This document shows positions 30,279 through 39,647 of a stretch of 64,000 bases of DNA, piece after piece. The notes under the pieces were generated by a model. The model was not told the DNA's origin. It searched no databases and saw nothing but the letters and a program-made list of their open reading frames with translations. Where the stretch lies: NCBI GenBank assembly GCA_963841435.1, contig CAWJCS010000002.1, positions 992,001 to 1,056,000 of the forward strand, in the 5' to 3' direction. Made by a program: the position numbers and the translations under genes. Every line of letters starts with the position of its first letter. The first letter of the stretch is position 1. This DNA is from an uncultured delta proteobacterium. GTDB taxonomy: Bacteria; Myxococcota_A; Polyangia; Polyangiales; Polyangiaceae.

Positions 30279-32141
30279 ATGAAATATGGCTGGTTCCTTG
30301 CTGCTGCGGCCGTGCTCGGGCTTGCCCTGAGCCTGCCTGAACGCCTCGCGCGCGCCGACGGGCGGGCCCAGCGTCGTGACGTCATGGGCATCGCCGACGT
30401 GCGGCGCGGCATGAAGGGCTACGGGCTCACCGTCTTCGAGGGCACTCGTCCGGAGCGCTTCGACGTCGAGGTCATCGACGTGCTGAAGAACTTCCGGCCC
30501 AAGCAAGAGGTCGTCCTCATCAAGACGAAGCATCCTCGTCTCGACATCGCGAAGGTCGTTGCGGGGATGAGCGGAAGCCCCATCTACATCGGCGGCAAGA
30601 TGATCGGCGCCTACGCCTACGGCTGGACGTTCGGCTCCGAGCCCGTTGCGGGCGTTACGCCCATCCGCACGATGCTCGACGAGCTCGAGCTGCCGCTCCC
30701 CGACACGATCAACGGCTGGCCCCTCAAAGTCCTGCCCGGCAAAGGCAAGCGCGTGGCCTCGGCGGCGCGCGGCGGCGCAGGGCGTTTCCAGGGCGAGCTC
30801 GGGCGCTACGACGTGAAGGAGCATGCAATGGAGCTCGCGCGCGCCACGGCGTTCACGGGTCCCTCGGCCGTTCGCCCCGTCGCGACGCCGCTGCTCGTCG
30901 GGGGGCTCACGCCGGGAGCGATCAAGCTCGCGTCGGAGCTCGTTGCGCCGCTCGGCCTCGAGCCGCTTCAGGCCGGCGGTGGCAGCACCCAGCCCGAGCC
31001 GGATGCACCGAAGCGCTTCGAGGACGGTGGCGCCATCGGCGTGGAGCTCATCCGCGGCGACATGAGCGCCATGGGACTTGGCACCGTGACGCGCGTCGAC
31101 GGCGATCGGCTGGTCGCGTTCGGGCATCCGATGATGGAAGCGGGCGTGACGGCCTTGCCCACGGCCATCGGGCGCGTGCTCTGGGTGCTCGCGAGCGAGC
31201 AACGCTCGTTCAAAATCGGCATGCCGGTGCGCTCCATGGGCGCCCTCGTCAACGACCGCGTGGCCTCGATCGTCGTCTCGCAGTCGACCAAGGCGCCCGT
31301 CGTGCCGGTCAAGATGCAGATCCACGGTGTGCCAGGCATGCCGCTTTCGAGCTGGAGCTTCGAGATCGCCCACGAGCGCTTCCTCACGCCGTCGTTCCTC
31401 GCGGTGGCGCTCGGCAGCGGGCTGCAGTCCGTCGCCAACGAGCAGCAGGACGTGAGCTGGGCGGTGCACAGCCGCCTCAGGCTGCGCGGCTTCGGCGAAA
31501 TCCAGCTCGAGGACTTCGGTGTCGCCATCGGCGGCACGCCCGACGCCGGTGAATTCGCGCGCTCGAACCTCGTGCGCGCCGTCGGCGCGCTGCTCAACAA
31601 TCCCTGGCAGTCCGTGCTGGTCGACGGCATCGACGTGAGCGTCGACCTTCACTACGCGCGCGACCTCTACCGGCTACGCGGTGCGGAGCTGCTCGCGACC
31701 GAGCTCGACGCCGGGCAGCCGGCGCGCATCCGCCTCACGCTCGTGCCGTTCGCGGGCCCCGTGATCCAGAAGACGCTGAGCGTGCCCCTGCCGGCGTATC
31801 TGGCGGGCCGGACGGTCACGCTCGAGATCGCGCCGGGCTACACCGAGGAGAAGGACAAGGCCGCGCCCGATTCGCTCGCCGAGCTGATCGAGAACCTGCA
31901 GGATCCGGTGTACCCGCCGCGCTCGGTGGTGGTGAGCTACGCCTCCCAGCAGGCCACGGTCACGCACCGGGGCCGCATCGCCCGGGATCTTCCGGTCGGC
32001 GCCGCCGACTCGCTGCGTCCGACTTCGAGCACCGTCGCCCCCGACGCCTACGCCACCAACGTGCGTGAGGCTTTCCCGCTCGGGCAATTCCTCGTCGGTC
32101 GCGATCGCGTCACGGTCTCGATCCGCGAAATCATGCGTTAG
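30279..32141 (+). CDS. Secreted SpoIVB/peptidase S55 domain protein (circularly permuted)
   Basis: Signal peptide; GMKGYGLTVFEG, VVAGMSGSPIYIGGKMIGAYAYG, and later GLGTVT...LVAFGHPM. Confidence 0.85.
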   Translation: MKYGWFLAAAAVLGLALSLPERLARADGRAQRRDVMGIADVRRGMKGYGLTVFEGTRPERFDVEVIDVLKNFRPKQEVVLIKTKHPRLDIAKVVAGMSGSPIYIGGKMIGAYAYGWTFGSEPVAGVTPIRTMLDELELPLPDTINGWPLKVLPGKGKRVASAARGGAGRFQGELGRYDVKEHAMELARATAFTGPSAVRPVATPLLVGGLTPGAIKLASELVAPLGLEPLQAGGGSTQPEPDAPKRFEDGGAIGVELIRGDMSAMGLGTVTRVDGDRLVAFGHPMMEAGVTALPTAIGRVLWVLASEQRSFKIGMPVRSMGALVNDRVASIVVSQSTKAPVVPVKMQIHGVPGMPLSSWSFEIAHERFLTPSFLAVALGSGLQSVANEQQDVSWAVHSRLRLRGFGEIQLEDFGVAIGGTPDAGEFARSNLVRAVGALLNNPWQSVLVDGIDVSVDLHYARDLYRLRGAELLATELDAGQPARIRLTLVPFAGPVIQKTLSVPLPAYLAGRTVTLEIAPGYTEEKDKAAPDSLAELIENLQDPVYPPRSVVVSYASQQATVTHRGRIARDLPVGAADSLRPTSSTVAPDAYATNVREAFPLGQFLVGRDRVTVSIREIMR

Positions 32142-32148
32142 GCACTTC

Positions 32149-34182
32149 ATGCAGGCATCGTTTCGATTTTCCCTGGTCGTTTTGAGCGCGCTCGTTTGGT
32201 CCGCCACCGCGGGCGCCGTGGGTACCCGTCGGTTCGTGCTCGAGAAGGAAGCCGACTTCAAGGGCGGCGACCTCAAGGGCGTCGCCGTCGACTCGCGCGG
32301 CGCCGTGCGCGCCGGGCTCAATCTCGGCTCGGTCCCCGTGACGGAGGCGTCGTCGATCTGGGCGGCGCTGCCGCAGAAGGACGGCTCGGTGCTCCTCGGC
32401 ACCGGCAACGAGGGTAAGCTCGTCGAGGTGCGTGGCGGGGTGACGCGCGTGCTCGCGGAGACGGGCGCTCTGGCCGTCACGTCGCTCACCAGCGCTTGGG
32501 GCGGCAGCGTCGTGCTCGGCACGTTGCCCGACGGCAAGGTCATGAAGTGGGACCGTGGCAAGCTCAGCGAGCTGGTGAAGCTCAAAGGGGCCGACCACGT
32601 GTTCGGCGTCGCCTTCGACCCGAGGACGAACGCGGTGTTCGCCGCCACGGGCCCTGAGGGCAAGCTGTTTCGCATCACGGCCACGGGGCAGGCGCAGGTC
32701 TACTTCGACGCGGAGGAGCAGCACCTCGTGAGCGTCGCCGTGGGGCCCGACGGAACCGTCTACGCGGGGTCGAGCGACAAGGCGAAGCTCTACAAGCTCA
32801 CCGGTCCCGGGCGCGCGAGCGTGCTCTACGATTTTTCGCGCACGGAGCTGCGCGCCATCGCGGTCGACGCGAAGGGCACCGTGTACGCCATCGCCAACGA
32901 GCTCAAGAACGGCTTCACCGTCCCCGCGCGGCCGCCCAAGGACCAGGAGTCGGCCCCCGCGGGCCCCACGCAGACCACCGCGAAAGGCAAGGGCAAGGGC
33001 ACGCTCTATCGCTTCCTGCCGGACGGTCGCCCCGAGCGTCTCTACGACCTCGACGACGAGCACTTCACGAGCCTCGCGCTCGGCGACGACGGTCGGCCGT
33101 ACGTCGGCACGGGCGCCGAGGGGCGCGTCTACTCCGTCGACGAGTCGCGGCGCGTCACGCTCGTGGCTGACGTCGACGAGCGCCAGGTGGGCGCGCTCGT
33201 GCTCGCGGGAGCGACACGTCTCGTCGCGGGCAGCGACCCCGCCGTGCTCCACCCGGTGCGCGGCGTGGGCGGCGCCGACGCCGTGTGGACGAGCAAGGTG
33301 CTCGACGCGGGGCTGCGCGCACGCTTCGGCCGGCTCGACATCGAGGCGTCGGGTTCGCTCGAGCTATCCACGCGCAGCGGCAACACCAAGGAGCCCGACG
33401 ACACCTGGAGCGCCTGGACGCGCGATCAGGCGACGCCCTTCGTCGTGTCGAGCCCGCCCGCGCGCTTTCTGCAGGTCCGCGCGCGCTTTGCCAAGGATCC
33501 GAATGCCGAGCTTTCGGTGCTCGAGGTGGCCTTCGTCACCGACAACCTGCGCGCAACCGTCGCCGAGGTGAACGCGCGCCCGCGGCGCGACACGGGCGAC
33601 GAGCTTCGCACCTCGGGTGGCCCCGTGACGAAGAAGGCCGAAACCAAGCTCAGCATCTCCTGGAAGACGGACAATCCCGACAAGGACGAGCTGCGTTACC
33701 GGCTCAAGTACCGGCTGCTCGGCACGGCCACCTGGTACGACCTCACCAAAAAGGACGAGGTGCTCACCAAGGAGACCTACGACTGGGACACCTCGAGCCT
33801 CCCGGAGGGCCGCTACCGCGTGCGCGTGGTGGCGACGGACGAGCTCGCGAACCCGCCCGATCTCGTGACGCGCGACGATGCCGAAAGCGGCATCGTGCTC
33901 GTCAACAACACGCCGCCGCGTATCGAGGGGCTGCGCGCCGCGAACCGCCGCGTGCAGGGCATCGCCGTCGACGGCGTCGGGCCGATTCAACGTATCGAGG
34001 TCGCTCAGGCGGGCACCGACGACTGGGTGCCGTTCTTTCCGAGCGACGGCATTTTCGACGAAGCGCGCGAGGAGTTCGACATCGACGTAGGCTCGATCGC
34101 GCCGCCCGGTCCGTCGCTGCTCGCGATCCGCGTGTTCGACGACGCGAACAACGTCGTCATCCAGAACGTGGCGTTGAGGTAG
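32149..34182 (+). CDS. Secreted beta-propeller protein with C-terminal Fn3/Ig-like domains
   Basis: Signal peptide; repeated blades (LLGTGNEGKLV, AATGPEGKLF, YAGSSDKAKLY, YVGTGAEGRVY); WDTSSLPEGRYRVRVVATD. Confidence 0.8.
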   Translation: MQASFRFSLVVLSALVWSATAGAVGTRRFVLEKEADFKGGDLKGVAVDSRGAVRAGLNLGSVPVTEASSIWAALPQKDGSVLLGTGNEGKLVEVRGGVTRVLAETGALAVTSLTSAWGGSVVLGTLPDGKVMKWDRGKLSELVKLKGADHVFGVAFDPRTNAVFAATGPEGKLFRITATGQAQVYFDAEEQHLVSVAVGPDGTVYAGSSDKAKLYKLTGPGRASVLYDFSRTELRAIAVDAKGTVYAIANELKNGFTVPARPPKDQESAPAGPTQTTAKGKGKGTLYRFLPDGRPERLYDLDDEHFTSLALGDDGRPYVGTGAEGRVYSVDESRRVTLVADVDERQVGALVLAGATRLVAGSDPAVLHPVRGVGGADAVWTSKVLDAGLRARFGRLDIEASGSLELSTRSGNTKEPDDTWSAWTRDQATPFVVSSPPARFLQVRARFAKDPNAELSVLEVAFVTDNLRATVAEVNARPRRDTGDELRTSGGPVTKKAETKLSISWKTDNPDKDELRYRLKYRLLGTATWYDLTKKDEVLTKETYDWDTSSLPEGRYRVRVVATDELANPPDLVTRDDAESGIVLVNNTPPRIEGLRAANRRVQGIAVDGVGPIQRIEVAQAGTDDWVPFFPSDGIFDEAREEFDIDVGSIAPPGPSLLAIRVFDDANNVVIQNVALR

Positions 34183-34189
34183 GCGGCAG

Positions 34190-35374
34190 ATGCGTAGGAC
34201 CTCGCGGCCGCTCGGGTGGGTCCTCCTCGGCCTCGCCCTCTGCGCCGTCTTCGAGGCCTGCTCCAACTCGACCTCCACGCGCAACGACGGACCCTCGAAC
34301 GGGTTCGGCGGCACGAGCGGCAGCGGCATGATGGACGCGACGACCGTCGACACGCCCGCCGAGGGCGGCGCCGGCGGGCTCGCATCCGACTACGACCCGG
34401 CCTGCGGCGTTACGGCGCCGAGCGCCTGCGTGCCCGACGACCCGCGCGCCTGCGAGAGCTTCCACCCAGGCGCGGGCAGCGGCGGCGGTGCTGGCCGCGG
34501 CGGCGCCTCCGGCTCCGCTGGCTCCGCGGGCACCGGCACGGGCGGCGCGAGCGCGGCTGGTTTCGCGGGCGAATTCGCCGGCGGCGAAGCGGGTGAGGCC
34601 GGCGCGGGAGGCGAGGGCGGACAGTCGAACGGGGGCGAGGGGCCGACGGCCGAGGGCGGCCAGTCGTCGAGCGGAACGGGGGGCACGGCGGGTCTCAGCA
34701 GCTCGGGCGGCTCGAGTGGCTCGAGTGGCTCGAGCGGCTCCGGTGGGACATCGGGCACCGCGGCCCCACCCGACGCGGGGCCGACCGTGTATTCGTGTCA
34801 GGTCAACGTGAGCGGGAACGAGCCGCGCTCCGTGTGCGCCCTGGCCGGGATCGGCGACGCCGACGCGCCGTGCCTCGACGGGACCGACTGCAAGCCGGGT
34901 CTCGCGTGCGTCGGCAAGGTGGCGGGTCGCTGCCGGCCCGCGTGCTGCGACCACGACCGCTGTGGCAGCGTCTCGGGGACGCACTGCTCGCTCGAGCCGC
35001 TCGCGCGGTCGAACGCCCCGTCGGGCGACGAGCCTGTGCTCGTGCCGGTCTGTGTCGTCGCCATCGAATGTAGCCTCGCGGAGGACTACCCCTGTACGGG
35101 CAGCGTGTGCACCTGCCCCGAGAGCACCGCGTGCATGGTCGTCGGCACGGACGGCAACACGAGCTGCGTGCCGCCGGGCATCGGCGCCGAAGGTGAGGCG
35201 TGTCCCTGCGCCTGGGGCCACGTCTGCTCCCAGGTGACGGGCCGGTGCGTCAAGCTCTGCCAGACGGCCGCGCCCGCCGACGACTGCGGCAGCGGACGCT
35301 GCGAGGCGTCGCCGGCCCTGCCGCTCGGCTGGGGGCTCTGCGTGGGTCGCGGCGCGGCGGACGCGGGACAATAG
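34190..35374 (+). CDS. Gly-rich, Cys-rich lipoprotein
   Basis: Lipobox FEAC, G/S-rich linker, more than 20 Cys in the C-terminal region. Confidence 0.75.
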   Translation: MRRTSRPLGWVLLGLALCAVFEACSNSTSTRNDGPSNGFGGTSGSGMMDATTVDTPAEGGAGGLASDYDPACGVTAPSACVPDDPRACESFHPGAGSGGGAGRGGASGSAGSAGTGTGGASAAGFAGEFAGGEAGEAGAGGEGGQSNGGEGPTAEGGQSSSGTGGTAGLSSSGGSSGSSGSSGSGGTSGTAAPPDAGPTVYSCQVNVSGNEPRSVCALAGIGDADAPCLDGTDCKPGLACVGKVAGRCRPACCDHDRCGSVSGTHCSLEPLARSNAPSGDEPVLVPVCVVAIECSLAEDYPCTGSVCTCPESTACMVVGTDGNTSCVPPGIGAEGEACPCAWGHVCSQVTGRCVKLCQTAAPADDCGSGRCEASPALPLGWGLCVGRGAADAGQ

Positions 35375-35380
35375 CTCGGC

Positions 35381-35797
35381 ATGCGCGTGCACCAGGCCAC
35401 CCTCGACGTCCCCACGAGCGGGCGCAGCTTTTCGAACGTCACCCGGGCCATCGAGGGGATCGTGCGCGAGAGCGGCATCACCACGGGCCTTGCCACCGTG
35501 TTCCTGCAGCACACCTCCGCGAGCCTTTTGATCCAGGAAAACGCCGACCCCGCCGTGCTGCGCGATCTTGCGCGGTTCCTCGCCGACCTCGCGCCCGAAT
35601 CGCGCGCGTGGGAGCACGACGACGAAGGCGCGGACGACATGCCCGCCCACGTGAAGACGGCGCTCACGAGGAGCTCGGAGTCGATCCCGATCGTCGGGGG
35701 CCGTCTCGCGCTCGGCACCTGGCAGGCCGTGTACGTCGTCGAGCACCGGGCTCGCGCCCACGTCCGAACGCTCGTCGTTCACCTCGCGGGACAGTGA
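35381..35797 (+). CDS. yjbQ: YjbQ/UPF0047 family protein
   Basis: Motifs QHTSASLLIQENADP, HDDEGADDMPAHVK, LGTWQAVYVVEHR. Confidence 0.92.
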   Translation: MRVHQATLDVPTSGRSFSNVTRAIEGIVRESGITTGLATVFLQHTSASLLIQENADPAVLRDLARFLADLAPESRAWEHDDEGADDMPAHVKTALTRSSESIPIVGGRLALGTWQAVYVVEHRARAHVRTLVVHLAGQ

Positions 35798-36375
35798 TGC
35801 TCGAGCTGCGCGTGCCCACGCCCGAGGCCTGGCTGCCCACCGTGCTCGCGGACTTCGACGCTTTTCTCGTCGATCATGCAGCCTGCGAAAAGAAGGCATT
35901 TTCCACCGGCGTTTCGCTGATCTCGTCGTACCCGCGCGAGACGCGTCTCGTCGAGGCCATGCTCGAGTTCGCGCGCGAGGAGCTCGAGCATTTCCAGCGC
36001 TTGCATCGCGTGCTCGTCGCGCGTGGTCTCACGCTCGGTCCGGACGAGCCCGACGCGTACGCTCGCGCGCTCGGCAGCCGGATCCGCCCGCATGGCCCGA
36101 GCAAGCTCTGCGATCGCCTGCTCGTCGCGGGCATCATCGAAGCACGGAGCTGCGAGCGGTTGCGCCTGCTGGCCGACGCGCTCACGCCGAAGGAGCCGGA
36201 GCTCGCCGAGACCTACGCGGATCTCGGTCGTGCCGAGGCTCGCCACCACGGGCTCTTCTTCCGGCTCTGTCGCGAGCACGTTGGGCATGCCGTCGCGATC
36301 TCACGTGCCGGCGAGCTGCTCGATTTCGAAGCCGCGCTGATGGCCGAGCTGCCCATCAGCGCGCGCGTGCACTGA
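35797..36375 (+). CDS. miaE: tRNA-(ms2io6A37) hydroxylase (ferritin-like diiron)
   Basis: Motifs DHAACEKKA, AREELEHF, IIEARSCER, EARHH. ATG overlaps the yjbQ TGA. Confidence 0.9.
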   Translation: MLELRVPTPEAWLPTVLADFDAFLVDHAACEKKAFSTGVSLISSYPRETRLVEAMLEFAREELEHFQRLHRVLVARGLTLGPDEPDAYARALGSRIRPHGPSKLCDRLLVAGIIEARSCERLRLLADALTPKEPELAETYADLGRAEARHHGLFFRLCREHVGHAVAISRAGELLDFEAALMAELPISARVH

Positions 36376-36384
36376 GGCGGCGGC

Positions 36385-36806
36385 GTGCGCTTCGACGAGC
36401 TCGCCCGCGTCGTCCTTCTCGCGCCGTGCCGGCACCCGGTGCGGCTCGTCGCGATCGACGGCGCGGGCGCCGCCGGAAAAAGCACGTTTTGCTCCGCCCT
36501 CGCGCACTGCCTCGCTGACGCCTCCGTCGTTCCGATGGACGACTTCGCCGCCTGGGACGACCTCGAAGTCTCCTGGCCTCGCTTCGAACGCGAGGTGCTC
36601 GCTCCGGCTTTCCAGCGCCGTGCCATTCGCTACCAGCGGCGTGATTGGGAGCGCGATTTCCGCGGGCGTGGCCTCGGAGACGTGCGAGAGCTCCCGTTCT
36701 CCGAAGTCCTGATCCTCGAAGGTATTGGCGCCGCGCGGCGGGCCGTCGCGGATCGGCTCACCTACGCGATCTTCGTTACGCGCCGGCCCCACGGCGTCTG
36801 GACTGA
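36385..36806 (+). pseudogene. Uridine-kinase-like P-loop protein, apparently C-terminally truncated
   Basis: VAIDGAGAAGKST, MDDF, RYQRRDW, LILEGIGA...AIFV. Similarity ends at ~36790 and the ORF-track extension is shadow sequence. Confidence 0.6.
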
Positions 36807-36831
36807 CGGGTCGCGCGCCCTCACCGGGGCG

Positions 36832-37188
36832 TCACGAAAGACCTTCGTCGACCAGCAGCCGCGCCCACGGCTCCGACCAGATCGACGCCGGCGCGCTCGC
36901 GACGAGCAGCCGCTCGAGCGATCGCCCCGGATCCTCGCGCGCATCGCGGTGCCCGCCGAGCTCGCGCACGATCGAGCCGCGAAAGGCGACGTAGGTCGCG
37001 CCCTGCCCGTCGCGCGCGAACGCGCCGCGGTAGCCGGGCCCCGGCGTCACGCCGTGCTCGGTGAGCGCCGGGGAGGTCGCGAAGCCCTGATCGAGGCGCG
37101 CGCCGAGCTCCGGCGGTGCGCGCCAGGTTGGATTGGGGCGGCCCGAAAGCACGAGCAAGCCGACCTCCCAGTCTCCCGGCGACGTCAT
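36832..37188 (-). CDS. Hypothetical protein (SGRPNPTW...GYRG motif)
   Basis: 118-aa ORF whose ATG overlaps the stop of the upstream sORF. Confidence 0.55.
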   Translation of the reverse strand: MTSPGDWEVGLLVLSGRPNPTWRAPPELGARLDQGFATSPALTEHGVTPGPGYRGAFARDGQGATYVAFRGSIVRELGGHRDAREDPGRSLERLLVASAPASIWSEPWARLLVDEGLS

Positions 37189-37256
37189 CGGATCTCGAGG
37201 TGGCCGTGCACGACCACACTGAAAGAAGTGAGCTCCACGCTGAGCTTGATGGACAT
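37185..37256 (-). CDS. 23-aa sORF MSIKLSVELTSFSVVVHGHLEIR (possible deletion remnant)
   Basis: Perfect AAGGAGG (37268-37262) 5 nt before the ATG; ATGA coupling with the downstream gene. Confidence 0.45.
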   Translation of the reverse strand: MSIKLSVELTSFSVVVHGHLEIR

Positions 37257-37486
37257 CGACGCCTCCTTCTCGAGCGAGCGCGCCCGACCCCCGGCCGGTC
37301 GCCCTCGCGGGCGCGCGCTCGTCCGTCGAGGTCAGCACGATCTGGCGCGCCCGGAAATGGCGGAGCTCGTCCGGCTTCGGGCCGGGCCTTCCGTGCCTCG
37401 GCCCCCCGTCCGAGGCTCCTTTGCCGCGCCCGCCGACGACCGGCCAAGGTCGCGATCCGGGCCGCCGTCTGATAAGAGTGCGCTCG

Positions 37487-39049
37487 ATGAGAGTGCGCTC
37501 GGCGAGCTTTCGGCGCCGCTGGCTCGTGCCGATGGTGCTCCTCACCGCGGTCGCCTTGGCCGTGTTCTGGACGCTGTACGCGCTCGATCTCGTGCAGTCG
37601 GTCGGCAGCGCGCACGACGGTCTGAGCGTCTACCTCGCCTTCGACCCGAGCAGCATCACCGACGCCGTGAGCGCCCTGGCCGGCATGAACGCCGCGGTGT
37701 TCGGTATCGTCGTCACGGTCGTCAGCATCATCGTGCAGTTGTCCGCCGATCGATACACCGGTGTAGCGCGCATGTTCTTGCGCGACCGGGTCAATCTCGG
37801 CGTCATGGCGTACTACGTCGTCGCCTGCGTCGCGGGTGTGTGGCTCAGCGTGTCGCTCAAGCACGACTACGTTCCGAGGCTCACGCTGTTCGGCACGATC
37901 TGGATCACGACGGGCAGCCTGGTTTTGATGGGCCCGTACTTCAGCTACGTGTTCTGGTTCCTCGAGCCGATGAACATCATCGCGCGCATCCGCAGCGAGG
38001 CGGTGAACGTGGCGCGCATCGGCTCGCGTCGAGAGCGCCCGGGGGCCTGCGCCGAGGCGCAAGTGGCCACCCTTTCGGCCATGGAAGAGCTCACCGACAT
38101 CACGAGCAACTCCATCTCCGGCAAGGACAAGATCATCGCGAGCGGCGCCGTCGATGCGCTCAAGGATTTCGCCGTGGAGTACGTGCGCGGGAAGAACCGG
38201 GCGAGCGACGCGTGGTTCCGCATCGGCACCGAGCTCCGTGAAAACCCGGATTTCGTCGCGATGGATCCCGAGTCACTCTCGGATCTCGAGCGCCGGCGCA
38301 CCTGGGTGGAATGGCAGGTCCTGCGCCAGTACCTCGGCATCTACAACGAAGCGCTCACCAACATGCGCGACATCAACTATCTCGTCGCGATCGATACGCG
38401 CTACATCGGCGAGGCGGCGAACGAACTCGAGGACCAAGAGCTCGTCGAGCTCACGTTCCGTTTCATGAATTCGTACCTGCGCGCGACGCTCAACGCGCGC
38501 GACGTGCGCACCGCCTACAACGTCTTGAACCAGTACCGCTTGCTCGTCGAGGCCATGCTGCGGCACGGCGACTCGGATACTGCGCTCGAGGGTGTCAAGC
38601 ACATGGCGTACTACGGCCACGTGAGCTTCGACATGAAGCTCACGTTCGTCACCGAGACCGTGGCCTACGACGTGTCCTCGCTCTGCCAGTATGCGAACGA
38701 GCTCGGTTCTGCGCAGGAAGATGCGATGCTATCGCAGTTCTTGCAGCTCGATCGACCGCTCCGCGTTAGCGCGCAGGAGAGCGCGCTGCTCGGCGTGCGA
38801 AAGGCCCAGGTCAAGCTTGCCGCGTACTACCTCATGCGCGGCCTCGAAGACAAAGCCAGGCTGATCTCGCGTGACATGGAGCACGAGCCGCCGGAGCGCC
38901 TCGCCTCGATCCGCCGCGCGCTCGAGAGCGTCACCAGCAAGGATTTCTGGGAAATCATCGACCGCGGGCGCAACTTCGAATACATGCCGCCGGCACAGCG
39001 CGCCTGCCTCGAGACGTTCTTCTCCTGGCTCGACGTGGCGCCGAGCTAG
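37487..39049 (+). CDS. DUF2254-like membrane protein
   Basis: Four N-terminal TMs with SIIVQLSADRYT, then a helical cytoplasmic domain. Confidence 0.7.
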   Translation: MRVRSASFRRRWLVPMVLLTAVALAVFWTLYALDLVQSVGSAHDGLSVYLAFDPSSITDAVSALAGMNAAVFGIVVTVVSIIVQLSADRYTGVARMFLRDRVNLGVMAYYVVACVAGVWLSVSLKHDYVPRLTLFGTIWITTGSLVLMGPYFSYVFWFLEPMNIIARIRSEAVNVARIGSRRERPGACAEAQVATLSAMEELTDITSNSISGKDKIIASGAVDALKDFAVEYVRGKNRASDAWFRIGTELRENPDFVAMDPESLSDLERRRTWVEWQVLRQYLGIYNEALTNMRDINYLVAIDTRYIGEAANELEDQELVELTFRFMNSYLRATLNARDVRTAYNVLNQYRLLVEAMLRHGDSDTALEGVKHMAYYGHVSFDMKLTFVTETVAYDVSSLCQYANELGSAQEDAMLSQFLQLDRPLRVSAQESALLGVRKAQVKLAAYYLMRGLEDKARLISRDMEHEPPERLASIRRALESVTSKDFWEIIDRGRNFEYMPPAQRACLETFFSWLDVAPS

Positions 39050-39074
39050 GCTCAGCCCCGGCCCCCGCGAGGTG

Positions 39075-39383
39075 TCAGCGCCCGGGGCGAAGCGAGTCGT
39101 AGCGCACCCCGAGCGCGCCGAGGACGCCGTCGAGCAGCGCTTCGTCGCGCCGCACGATCGCGAGGTGGAGCAGGCGGGTGCGGTCGTCGGTGGCGGGTAG
39201 CGTCCCGAGCAGGGCCCGGCCCGTCGCGATCTTCGCCTCGAGGCGCTCGCGCGTGGCGCCGGCCGACAGCGACGGGGTCGCCTGCGGCTTCGAGGCGGGA
39301 GGGGCCGACGCTGAACGCTCCCGAACGGCAGACTCGTCGCTGCTGCTCGGTAGAGGGGGGCGGCTCTTTGCGGGGACGCTCAT
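39075..39383 (-). CDS. Small hypothetical protein
   Basis: 102 aa, disordered N-terminus plus a helical C-terminus (RLLHLAIVRRDEALLDGVL); promoter motifs lie upstream. Confidence 0.6.
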   Translation of the reverse strand: MSVPAKSRPPLPSSSDESAVRERSASAPPASKPQATPSLSAGATRERLEAKIATGRALLGTLPATDDRTRLLHLAIVRRDEALLDGVLGALGVRYDSLRPGR

Positions 39384-39426
39384 GATTGCCTTCTGCGGAA
39401 CGCTCTAACTGCTTCAACGCTTACGT

Positions 39427-39442
39427 TGCAGTTTTCGTTCCG
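39427..39442 (-). promoter_or_regulatory. Sigma54-like promoter candidate
   Basis: CGGAAC-GAAAA-CTGCA with correct GG/GC spacing; degenerate -24 element. Confidence 0.4.
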
Positions 39443-39479
39443 ATCTATTCAAACCCGGAGGTCGCGAAGGGCTTTGGTC

Positions 39480-39496
39480 GGTAAGTTGCCGAAATG
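39480..39496. promoter_or_regulatory. IHF-like site (copy 1)
   Basis: GGTAAGTTGCCGAAATG, 16/17 identical to 42429-42445; the reverse complement resembles WATCAR-N4-TTR. Confidence 0.5.
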
Positions 39497-39647
39497 ACCA
39501 GGTGAATTACCGGCCTGCGGGCCGGATGCCCCTCGGGCTCGCCCTTCCATTCCGCCTCGGACGGAGTGCGCGGTGTGCACCCCGTGACGCAAAAGTCACG
39601 CTCCGGCGCCACTTGCCAACGATTGCTCCGGTTTCTATGGTCCGGGC

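Noticed and set aside
36385-38241. 618-aa kinase fusion ORF
   Set aside because: Beyond ~36790 it is Arg-rich shadow sequence overlapping better-supported genes.
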